A stretch of DNA of 45,325 nt from Seison nebaliae. Its lineage: Eukaryota. Of this stretch, positions 1-11,200 are shown one piece after another. A model generated the notes under the pieces. It saw only the letters and a program-made list of their open reading frames with translations. It did not search any database and was not told where the DNA came from. Numbering within the stretch: the first letter of the stretch is position 1; each line of letters begins with the position of its first letter. The position numbers were made by a program, and so were the translations under genes. The stretch covers positions 1-45,325 of the forward strand of contig JALJEE010000421.1 of the NCBI GenBank assembly GCA_023231475.1, read 5' to 3'.

Positions 1-1
1 T

Positions 2-79
2 AATTCAGTTATCGAAGAAGATGAAGATTTCGACGATGAAGATTTTTTCGACCTCCCTTATTTTGAAAATTTTTCTTAG
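2..79 (+). CDS. 3' end of a gene entering from the left edge (acidic C-terminus)
   Basis: Open frame NSVIEEDEDFDDEDFFDLPYFENFS* ends TAG at 77-79, followed by AATAAA at 88-93. Confidence 0.5.
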   Translation, partial: NSVIEEDEDFDDEDFFDLPYFENFS

Positions 80-1149
80 TTTTTTTAAATAAATATTTTA
101 CATTATTATTTTATTGTTTATTATTTTTTATTATTATTTTAGTTTTTCAAAATAGCTCTTTTAACAACAACATGAGCTCCTGGTCGCTCTTTATTTTGCC
201 CATGCCTGGTATATACAATTTTAGTATATAATATATAAAAAAGATTATATACAATTAATACATAGAATAATAAAAACATAAAATCTTTAAAATCGAAAAA
301 GAATTACTTTCTTCCGGAAACTTAACAAATATTTGGCTTACTTATCTATAAGCATTTTAAAGCAATTTAAGATACAATGGTTATGAGAAAAATGAAGATA
401 TGAGATGCTTAGTTGGAGATTACATCGAAATACGGAACGGAACTTGAAATATATTCAAGAAGGATTATATAAATGAACATTATACTAAAAAAAGCAAACG
501 ATTAAAACGATTTTAAGTCTTAATATTTTAAACATTGTTGGATTTATTATTAAAGTGTTCATGTAAACAAATATTACTTTACAGATTAGAGTTGTTTTTA
601 ATAACCGATTAAATTTTTTATTAACATTTCAAAATATAACATAAAAACACATAAAAAGAAAAAAGGATCATGAAATCACTTCGATTGGTGGCCAGGCAAT
701 GGATGTAATTTCTTGATAGATGATGTGCACAAAAAATAGGGGGAAAATGCTGTTTCCTTGAATATAAATAGAGTAAAAGAACATACAGTTTGAATTAATT
801 GAGAGTGAACATAAAGTACATAAAATCCATCCAGAAAAGAAACATAAAATACCCATAGAGTTCGTATTCGTTCAATAATAAATAAAGTACCATACATTGT
901 ACGGTATCCAAACAGTTAAAAATATAAATAAACATATAAAGTAGAACGTCGAGTTGGAAGTTGGAAGTTGGAAATAATAGTTGGAAGAAATGAGCAAAGT
1001 AAATACGTAAAATATCCATTCAATGAAACATTGAAGAATCCTATTCCTATATGGATAAAAGTAATATCAATCTAAAATATGTACATATTATTACTATTAC
1101 CTTATAATATTAAACTTCCATATTATCTACCATTTTTACACTTCTCTCT

Positions 1150-4100
1150 CTACAGTTTAAATGGTCGATATTTTACCTTCTTTTTATTCATCTTAATCTT
1201 ACTCCTGTTTTTGCTTGCTAACTCCATATTCATTTCGGGAAATTGTCGTTGCTTCTCAACCTTTACTTCTTCTACAAATTTAGAATTGATAAACTCTAGT
1301 CCTATGAAATTCTCAGGTTCATCTGTAATAGAGTTCGATGATGATAAGTCGTTTCTTAAAGGTTGTCTTGAGGGCTCAATCCAGTCATCAGCCGATCCTT
1401 GTTCAAAAACATCTTTGGGATTGGGTTTAGGTGGTGGATTTTTAGATATCAATCTAATACCGTTAGTATCAATCGGTCTTTCATCTGCACCATTGTTAAC
1501 TTTTCGTAATTCTTTTTTAGGTTCTTTATTTTCAACTTCATTATTCTGAGGTTGAGGTTTCCAAACACCCATTTTGAAATTATAGTTTGATAAATCTGGA
1601 AATTGTGGAGGACCATCATCATGTACAATAAGTGGTGGTTGTTGATAGCCCAGTGGTGGTTGTTGATAGCCCGGTGGGGGTTGTCGATAGCCCGGTGGTG
1701 GTTGTTGATAGCGCGATGTCGGTTGTGGATAGCGCGGTGGCGGTTGTGGATAGCCCGGTGGTGGTTGTTGATAGCCCGGTGGTGGTTGTGGATAGCGCAC
1801 TGGTGGTTGTGGATAGCGCACTGGTGGTTGTGGATAGCGCACTGGTGGTTGTGGATAACCCTGTGGCGGTCGTAGATAGTTTCGTGGCGGTTGTGGATAT
1901 CCCATAGGTGGTGGTGGATTATGTATACGTGGCGGTGGATGATCCACGAATTCTCGACGTGGAACTTGATCCATCAACCTTGGAACTGGAACTTTCATAG
2001 GTCGAGTGGAAGATTGAGGTTCAGTTGAAATTTTAGACGGCCACTGTAAGGGAAGACTATAATCACCGGCTGGTTCGGGTTGTTCTTTGAGATACGACTC
2101 TATACGAACACTATGATCACCTGATGGTTTGATAACATCGGTCGCTGACAGTATTGGAAGCACATATATGTTATCAATCGAATTAATACCTGGGAAAATA
2201 ATAGCGTCATTCCAAGATTTTCCTTCACTATCACATTCACTTTCCTCTCCTTCACTCTTACATTCACGTTCATCTCCTTCACTCTCAGATTCCCTGCTAG
2301 ATTCAACAATGGTAGGGTTTTGTCTTCGCCATTTATCCATATAATCTTTTGATGGATCATCCATGTCATAAGAAAGAGGTCTTTCAAACTGTCCAGTGGT
2401 ATATTCAAGAATTACAGGGTTTGGTTTTGGTTCTTTATCAATCACATAATATTTTGATAAATCATCTGTTATATAAGAACGAGGTTCTTTTGACTGTTCA
2501 CTGTCTTCTTCCTTGGTGTATTCACGGTCATTCTCATTACTGTGTTCTTCAACATTTTTTTCAATTGTTTTATTGCCTTTATCTTTTGGTTCAAGTTCCC
2601 ATACAAGTTTAAGCTCCTTTGGGATGGGCGGTTTTCTTGGTTTTGAAAAATACCTATATTCAGAATCTGACGAAGATTCATATGACGAAGATTCATATGA
2701 CGAAGACTCATCTGTATCATCATCACTATCGTCTTCATATTCTGTTTTACCCAACTCAATTTCAAATCTATCAAAATTGTCTAAAGTTGGTTTGGTAGAA
2801 CCCAGTGGTTGTAAATAAGATAAATTCACCGATTTGGATTTTAGAATTTTTCCGACTTGAGGCAGACTAACTAATTGTTTACCAGGAGGAACAAGTATGG
2901 GAAATGTAAAATTTTCCGTTCTATCAATCGGCAATGTATGCTGGGAAGGATTCTCAAATATTTCTATAGCCAATGCAATTGGTTCTTTGATCAGGCTGAT
3001 TATTAATCGATTAACATTCTGATCAAAACCCACAGTGTTGATCATTGCAACCATATATGGTGAGTACATTAAGAGAGCGTTGTATTGAATTACAGAAATT
3101 CGATTTAGAAATTTATGAATCGTGTTTTGTTCCTCTAATTTTTCGGTAATTTGATGGGACTGATAAATTTGTTGCACAGAAAAAAGGTATAAAGAGGCGT
3201 AATAAAAATTGGAAGCTTCCATAATTTGTAACCAACAAGTTAATACCATTAATGACGGCGTTCGTAAATTCTCATTATACATTAACAACTCTTTGTTGTT
3301 CGTATTTCCAAAATGGAGAATAATTCTTGGTGTTGGATGACTCTCATCGTTCCTATGAATCTTTTCCACTCTTTTATTGGAATCACTTTGTAAGACAGCC
3401 ATTAGAGTATTGAATTTTGACATTAGTAGTTGTCTATTTCTATCGTTTTGATAAAGAGTAAGTGTAAGATCGCCTAAAATCGCTTTTAATCGAGATTTTC
3501 TCTTGTTATTATTCGTATGATAACCTACTGATGACGCTGGTCCGAGATCATTTAGGAAGCTATACCACACAAAAATATCACCATCCATTGAATCAAGTAT
3601 ATTCTGATATACCATAATATCTTTCTCGTATGCTTTATCCTTTTCCACATCCTCACTTTGCTTCATTAAATCAAAATCAAATTTCTTATAAAAATGATCA
3701 CCTCTTAATTTTGGCCAATCATTTTTCATCGTCGGTATGTAAATAGTTTCAACAATTTCCAAATAAGCCTGATATGCCTGCATGAACTCTTTAGCACATG
3801 AAAGCATCGGAGGACACTTTTCACCCCAATAATCGATGAACTCATTATGAACATAGTCAAGTTCTTCTTCTGAAAAATAACCAGGGCTTCGGTTATGCCT
3901 CATTCTCAACGATTCTTCTGTTCCTGTAAATAATTGTTTCAAGCAATTTTTTCGTGTTATATCCATCTTTTTATAAAACGCTTCTGCATTTCTGTAGTTC
4001 TCATAAAATGCCCAATCAGGTGAATAATTTCGAAACTTCATCAGTTTAACAATGTTTGCTACACTTTTAAGTATATAATATCCTTTTGTTAACATAATTG

Positions 4101-4605
4101 TTATTCCAACATGAAGTAGACGTTTGTATGAAATCAAGTTGATATCCTCAATAGTTGGTGACTCGGGAGTTCCTCGTTTATGATAAAAAGTTTTAATTAT
4201 CTTGTCTATAGGTACATTTCTCTCTTCCAGAGCAGAATCTAAATAAATTTTAGGAAAATTAGTTACAGACCGGTTTAAGATCGGTACTGGTGGTTCTTCA
4301 ACTAGATACTTTTCGTAAATCCGTTTAGTTGTACTTTGATATTCACCCAATACTTTAGCTTCGGCCAATGTTAACTCCACATTGATGTCAGACCCTACAA
4401 AGTGATGATCTACAAATGGTATTGGCCAAATATCTATTTCTGCCATGGCAACAAACGGATTCCTAAACTCATCCAGTTCTTTATCCGATAGAAGGTGTTT
4501 TGGATAGTATAGACGTTCAGGAGGAATAAAGTTTTTTTCCAAACGATGTGCAAAATACATTTCACGCCATATCAAAACGTAAAACAAAATCAAGAAAACG
4601 AACAT
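1150..4605 (-). CDS. Intronless 1151-aa putative secreted orphan protein with acidic Ser-rich linker and Pro/Gln/Tyr heptad repeats
   Basis: Long uninterrupted ORF with a hydrophobic N-terminus (MFVFLILFYVLIW). It has about 600 aa of globular-looking sequence, then D/E/S tracts and (G/R)Y(P/Q)QPPx repeats. No family recognised. Confidence 0.8.
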   Translation of the reverse strand: MFVFLILFYVLIWREMYFAHRLEKNFIPPERLYYPKHLLSDKELDEFRNPFVAMAEIDIWPIPFVDHHFVGSDINVELTLAEAKVLGEYQSTTKRIYEKYLVEEPPVPILNRSVTNFPKIYLDSALEERNVPIDKIIKTFYHKRGTPESPTIEDINLISYKRLLHVGITIMLTKGYYILKSVANIVKLMKFRNYSPDWAFYENYRNAEAFYKKMDITRKNCLKQLFTGTEESLRMRHNRSPGYFSEEELDYVHNEFIDYWGEKCPPMLSCAKEFMQAYQAYLEIVETIYIPTMKNDWPKLRGDHFYKKFDFDLMKQSEDVEKDKAYEKDIMVYQNILDSMDGDIFVWYSFLNDLGPASSVGYHTNNNKRKSRLKAILGDLTLTLYQNDRNRQLLMSKFNTLMAVLQSDSNKRVEKIHRNDESHPTPRIILHFGNTNNKELLMYNENLRTPSLMVLTCWLQIMEASNFYYASLYLFSVQQIYQSHQITEKLEEQNTIHKFLNRISVIQYNALLMYSPYMVAMINTVGFDQNVNRLIISLIKEPIALAIEIFENPSQHTLPIDRTENFTFPILVPPGKQLVSLPQVGKILKSKSVNLSYLQPLGSTKPTLDNFDRFEIELGKTEYEDDSDDDTDESSSYESSSYESSSDSEYRYFSKPRKPPIPKELKLVWELEPKDKGNKTIEKNVEEHSNENDREYTKEEDSEQSKEPRSYITDDLSKYYVIDKEPKPNPVILEYTTGQFERPLSYDMDDPSKDYMDKWRRQNPTIVESSRESESEGDERECKSEGEESECDSEGKSWNDAIIFPGINSIDNIYVLPILSATDVIKPSGDHSVRIESYLKEQPEPAGDYSLPLQWPSKISTEPQSSTRPMKVPVPRLMDQVPRREFVDHPPPRIHNPPPPMGYPQPPRNYLRPPQGYPQPPVRYPQPPVRYPQPPVRYPQPPPGYQQPPPGYPQPPPRYPQPTSRYQQPPPGYRQPPPGYQQPPLGYQQPPLIVHDDGPPQFPDLSNYNFKMGVWKPQPQNNEVENKEPKKELRKVNNGADERPIDTNGIRLISKNPPPKPNPKDVFEQGSADDWIEPSRQPLRNDLSSSNSITDEPENFIGLEFINSKFVEEVKVEKQRQFPEMNMELASKNRSKIKMNKKKVKYRPFKL
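1629..1903 (-). repeat. Coding 21-bp tandem repeat, about 13 heptads (G/R)Y(P/Q)QPP(P/V/L)
   Basis: The + strand shows repeated GGTGGTTGT(T/G)GATAGC(C/G)C units, and the translation reads GYPQPPV RYPQPPV RYPQPPV ... GYQQPPL. Confidence 0.9.
2668..2712 (-). repeat. Coding 15-bp tandem repeat (ESSSY, about 3 copies)
   Basis: TGACGAAGA(T/C)TCAT repeated three times on the + strand. Confidence 0.8.
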
Positions 4606-5250
4606 TATTAATAGAAAAGTTAAAAAAGTAAAAAACTTAAATGTTACAAAAAATTTGGAAGAACAATATGAATTCGTTTTCTACTTATAGTTCCTTCGTT
4701 CCTTCTAATAGAAATGACATTGGAAAAAAACCGAATTTAACCAGTTTCTAAGTATTTAGTATTTAGTATTTAGGCAGAAAGTTTTTGACAACATAATATT
4801 TCGAGAAAAAATGAAATATTCTTATTTTTTCTTTTCATTCTATTTTTTTCTTCATATCAGTTCCTCTATCATTCGTCATTCCTTAGTCTTTATTCTCTTT
4901 CTGTCTCTACCTCGATTATTCTGATGATTTCTGTTATCAATTAATAGAGGAGATGTTAATACTGTCACTGTGAACAGGGAACGGGTCTTATTAAAACATT
5001 CTAATTTTTTTTCCTATCCTTCTTCTCCATTCGTCGCTTAACATGCATTCCATTAATCGGCAGATTTACAGTTAACGTTTAAATTTAATAATTCATTTGA
5101 TAATTTGGATTTTATTGAGAAATTATAAAATTTTGTCAATTATCGACACAAAAGTAATTTAATATAAACTATTTCAATCTGAAATCCCACTTAATAAAAA
5201 AAATGTCATTGATTGGAGGAAAGAAAATATTAAGAAATTAATCAATTAAA

Positions 5251-8200
5251 TTATTGAATGTGATCTACTTCTGGAAAGTTTTTGACCGCTTCTTCAATTA
5301 GAGAATGCAGTTCTGTGGTAGTTGAATAAATCTATTATGTAATATAAAGAAAAAATGATGTAGAAAGAAAGAAAAATTAGTAAAAAATAACTTCAGTATT
5401 CTCGTCAATATTATAAATTCTTGAATTGCCAATCACTGTTCGACAATCGCGAGTAAAATCTTCTGAAGATTTGTAGCCCATTTCTCGTAGATTTTCATCG
5501 ATTTGTTTAAACCACATCGGATTATTAACCAGTTGATTATAATCAGGAAACGCTTCGAAATCCACTTCCTCCCAAAACACCTCAAATTCCGTTTTGCATC
5601 GTATATTCTCCAACAATTCACGCGCTAATCGATGCCAACCATTTCTTTTCTGACTTGTTCTCCTCATACTCTTCCGACTCGTTGACGATTCTTGTTCCGT
5701 CGTATATCTTGTTTTCCTTGAACGACTTCCATTGGTAGTCTATAAAAAATATTTGTAATAATATGAATATAAATATTGAAAATATTTTGAATATATTTCT
5801 TTAAAGACATTAACATTTTTGGATGGTTTATCTGATAATTTTTCCGATTTATTTTTCACAACTTGAGAATTAGAAGATTGTTGATAGATTGATTTAGTTG
5901 AAGAACATTCATTCGATATGGTATTTGAAGGAGCGAGATTGGGAAAGTTGGTTAGAATGGAAGTCAATCCATTTCCATTAATCAAATTAGGAAAATCATA
6001 AGTTTCATCATCGGATTCCTGAAGAATTTTCGTTTTTCTCTTCTTTAACTTTTTGTAAATAATCATAATATCTGATATTGATGTGTCACTGTGAGAAAGA
6101 AAATAATAGATTAATAATAATAATAATAATAAAAAAAAATAATTTTAACTTTATAAAAGTTGTTAAAATTTCCACGACTAATTGAGCATCGCCAATAATA
6201 GTAGATTTTTCTTGATTGAATTGTTTAGTATTAATGAATATGCGTCGAATATCATCAACGAGAGCCGATCGATTCCGATAATAATAATAAAATAACCGGT
6301 TTTTGATAAGTGATAAATCAATTGGATATTCAACTAAAATTGGATATGATGGAAAATCTTCGAAATCGACAGGAGTCGAAAACATTTCCGATATACTCAT
6401 TTCCATGAATCTTTCCAATCCCATCAATAAACGTTCTCGTTCCAGAGATCTTAATCGATATGGTTTTGCATGACTGCCTTCGATGTGCCAATCGGTTGAT
6501 GTTGAATGATAAATATTTTTATAATGATTCATTTCAAATGGTGTCTCATTATTTTGTATTGGAATATTCTCGTCTGAATAATTTCTCGAATTATTCAATG
6601 TAGTTGTTGTGGATGTAGTGAATGTGGTGGTGGATTGATTGTTCTCATTCAGATCTGGTCTCGGTTCCATATCCCATGGAGATATATGTTCGATATCATC
6701 ATTCATCCATTGAATCTTATAAGACATAAAAGGATCATCTTCCAAATTTGGATTATTCACATTAATTCCAATAACTTCACCAAAATACCATTTATTGTCG
6801 ATAAGTGAACGGAAATGACTATTCACTTTCCATCGTCGACGTATCGCCGTTTCATAATGTTGTTTCAAAATGAGGAAATCCACAACATTATCCACGTCAT
6901 GATACCAGACGTCCAATTCGTATTGGAAGAATTGAGAGAATTTTTTATGTGCACGAATTTTCGGGTCGATGATCTTCAATCGAACCGCAATTATTCTCGG
7001 AGGAAGATTGAGAATTTTCCAACATTGTAAATTACATTCAATCGAATTGAACATCGTAAACATTTCATAAAGTGGTGATGTGTGTTGGAATGGAAGTACG
7101 AGATCATTAGAGACATGATACAATTTCTCATCGATTACACAATTATGATAAAGGAGATGCGCCTTCCAAATATAATAAACGAGATCTCCCGTTTGTGGAA
7201 TATATGGCGATTTCATGGGAACATGACAACACATCCAATCTGGTAACGAATATAAATCAGTTGGACTCATTTCTTTCTTCCCATCTTTCTTTTCCAAATT
7301 ATTTCTCTTTTTCACATTTCTTTCATTCGTTCTTTCATGAACGTTTGATGGTTCAATCGAATCATTTAATGATAAAGCGACTGATGATGGTCCATTGGAC
7401 GACATGTATGAAACATCATCATCATTATTATCTTCTTCTTCTACTTCTACTCTTTCTTCTTCTTCTTCTTCTTCTTCTTCTTCTTCTTCATCTTTTTCTT
7501 CTATTTCATCGTTGTTGTCGTCGTCAGGATAATATTGTTCATTATTCGGATGAATATTCTCCTGATTTGTTTGATTACATCTCCTTCTTAAATTTCTTCT
7601 CGGTTTTCTTATTCGTCGTCTTTGACTACGACTACTCCTCGACGATTTGGGAACTTCTTCCATTGATATATCTGCATTAGTTGTTGATTGATTAGCGGAG
7701 GACGAATATCTTCCATCTTCACGATATCTACTTGTATTATTCTCCAACGTTGATGTTGTTGTTGTATTAGTTTCAGGATAAAGGGTCGATTGTTGATTAT
7801 CGATATGAGAAAGAACGAAACGTCGAGATCGTCGTACTGGTGTTGATGGTGGAATTGGGGGAATATTTGGACGTTGTCTTAATCCCATTCGTCGAGATCG
7901 ACGATTAGTTAATGAATTTGATTCCACTTCCACATCCTCATCATTATCATCAGTGTCATTCTGATTATTCTCTTCAATATAATTCCGATTTCGAGTATTA
8001 TAAGAAGATAATCGAGAAGTTCGATTAGATCGAACTGTTCGTTCAGTTCTTTCAACTTCATCATCGGAACTTAAAGCTCGTGTATAATTTCTAGCAATAA
8101 TTCTTCTTGTTCCTTCTTGTCGAGCATTTTCCAATTGACGGAATCGATTTAATCGTTCACTACGACGTCGTTGATTATGTGTTGCATTCCTTCCTCTTAA

Positions 8201-11200
8201 TCGGTCGATACTCGTCTGATTATTCTGTTGATCGTCGTCCGATTCATTCGAATCAATTCGAGCAGCTGATCGTGTGGTAGTTGTTCGAGTAGTAACTCTA
8301 TTCGATCTGGTGGTGGCAGGTGGAACTTCTGAACTGGTTCCAACTTGAACATTGGATGATGGTGATGTTCCTTCATTACTCTCGTTTCGAGTATTTCGAT
8401 TCATTCTCATCGAACTGCCACTCGTCACTGTAGTAGCTGGTTGGAGATATTTTGGTTGTATTAATGATCGATTCGTATCGGAGGAATAAGTGAGAAATTT
8501 ATAAAATTGATTGAATTGGAACATTCTCGCAGATTTCTCATTCTTTGATTTTCGTTTATCGTCATGAAGTTTTGGAAAAAATTGATCGGATAAATATTCC
8601 ACATTATCCGTCAACAGATTATGATAAAATTTTGACAAAATTATTTCTTCAATCAAATTCAAAATCATCAACGGTTTCTCTAACAACTCATTCATTTCTT
8701 CTACTGTTTGAGAATTGTCAACTTTCTCATACACTTTCCGAAATATCATCGCTTGTGTTCCTAAAATATTTCGATTTATTTCTCGTTCATCCATTAAAGC
8801 AATAATTGGTCTCTTCGTCTTATATCTTTGTTTCACAATATCATTCACTACAACATTCTTAATTCTTTGAGAACTATTTCGTCGTCGTCGTTTCTTTTTC
8901 GATCTGGAAGCTAATCCGCCAGACATATCGAATAATATTCCTCGATCACCATTATAACTTGATTTGCCATTTGTTCTAAAAGTGAATGTTGATCGAGTTG
9001 AACATTGTTGAGTTTCGCTGATTCGTCTCCGTTTTCTTGTACTACTACGAAGACAGATGGAATTTGTCGATTCTTCTTCAATTTCCTTTCCTTCATATTC
9101 TTCTTCTTCTTCCTCTTCTTCCGATGTCGATGATTCGCTTTCCGTATCATATAATGCTTTCGTTTCCAATATATTTGGAACAATTTTCGTATAACTCGAT
9201 AATAATAACGACGTACCACCAAGTCCAGGAATTCCATAACGACAACCGTTACCAACAAAAACTTTATTCCATTTCGATGATTTTGTCGGTTGAGCATCTC
9301 GACTATTCGTTCTCAATTGATTAGTAATGAACGTGTTGGTCATTCGATTAATTCCACAATTCTTCTCATTCCACATTCGTTCGTTGGAAAGATACTGATT
9401 CAAATCCATCATCAACGACGACATATCATTTCCAATGATCGATGATAAATTTCCTTCATTCAATTTCTTCGAATTTAATGTATTCGCCTCATTTCTACAT
9501 ATCAATTCATTCAAATAAGATTGATACATGATGGAATTATTACCAGACGAAAAACCGTTTGATGGTTCCAATTCTGAAGTGGTTGTTTGTGAAAGAGACG
9601 TTCCATTCTGTTCATTATTATCAATAAGAATCTGTAAATTGTTAACATTCTTTTTAATTAATAATTTTTGCGATTCTTCCACTTGTTTCTGATGGACGAT
9701 GTCATTTTCAATTGGAGAAATGAAACAATTATTCGTTTCCATTCCACTATACGATGGCATCAATTGATAAATATACATATTTGGTGTCAATGGTTTCTTT
9801 GACGCTTCCTGTCTCCATTCCACATACTCCTGAACATAATGATGTTGTTGTTGGACGAAATTATGATAAATAATGGAGAAATCTAATGGAGGAATGAGAT
9901 ATTGTCGATCAATTCCGAAAAAACTAAAATTTATCAATTCATCATTTTTCTTTCCATTTGAATCATCTTCATTCTTCTTCAATTTAAAATTCGTTTCTTT
10001 CTCACAACAATAATCGATTTCAAATGATTCCTCATAATTCACTAATTGATATTTGTGAAATATTTTCGAATTCTCTATCGCTGGCTGTTTATACAATTTT
10101 TCTTTAGAAATTTCCATTCGATTTTTCTCTTCATCAAATTTATTGAACGTTCGAAATGTTTCGAATAATTTCTGATAAAATTTCGACGTGTCATTCTCAT
10201 TGAAATTCATTGAGGAATGTCGAACATTATTCCAAAATCGAAGAACTGACGATTCAAATACTGATTCAATTAAGGAAGAGGAAGAGATACAATCTTTCGT
10301 TACGAACGGTAAATAAGAATTATAAGAAAATAATTTAGATGGAATTGAAAAGAATTCACGAAAATGTTTCTCCATCGATAAATTTGAATTGAGATAATAA
10401 TTTTTATTTTTCTCTTTCTTCTGTTGAGATGGAAAAGGATTATGAGAATTATTTATTCTCCCATCAAACAATTGGAAAAATGGTCGATTGGCGATATCTT
10501 GATGAGCGACAACGGCCATATTATTGATATCAGAATTCCATCCAGGTACATTCTGTTGGATGGAGAGTGGATAAGGATAACCGTCAATACTGACAAGATA
10601 TGCCGGTGGTAATAAATGACATGGACGATGAAGATATTCATCATATGGAATCGAATTCTCATAAATGATGGGAGTATAATCAGTATGGAAGTATTGTTGA
10701 TATGGATGAATCATATATTGTTGTCGATCGAAACAATTGAAAATGAGAAGATGTCCCAAAAGATCAACACAAACGAATCCGTGACCATTAGTACACCATC
10801 GTCCATCACTGATCGCACCAGCTAAACGGAAAACTGATGTCGATGATGATTTATATTCATGTCGTACCGAACGAACAATCGTTTGAATATCAGGAAGATG
10901 GAGAGCGAAATGATTATTATATTCTACCGCATCCTTCTCCATCAAATAATTCACATATACACGTAAGGGCAATGACGAAGAATTCTCCAAATCCCAAAGA
11001 CAAATTCGACCGTCGTGACCACCAGACATTACGATAGTTGGTTTGAATGGATGTGGCTCAATGACGAACACATCAGTCGAATGACCAATTAATGTTTTCA
11101 ATAATTCTCCAGTACTAACATCCCATACTCGAATCATTCCATTACCTTGTCCACAAATCAAATATCGATCATCACAACTAAATTTCGATAATGTCACCGG

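Noticed and set aside
660..930. Stop-interrupted frame HFDWWPGNGCNFLIDDV, faintly like a viral SF3 helicase Walker B region
   Set aside because: Too short and degenerate, with no Walker A or other supporting motif.
1603..1907. Plus-strand ORFs with repeats (WWLLIAR, VVVVDSP), and an array that could be mistaken for CRISPR
   Set aside because: These are antisense shadows of the coding 21-bp repeat. There are no unique spacers or cas genes, and the context is eukaryotic.
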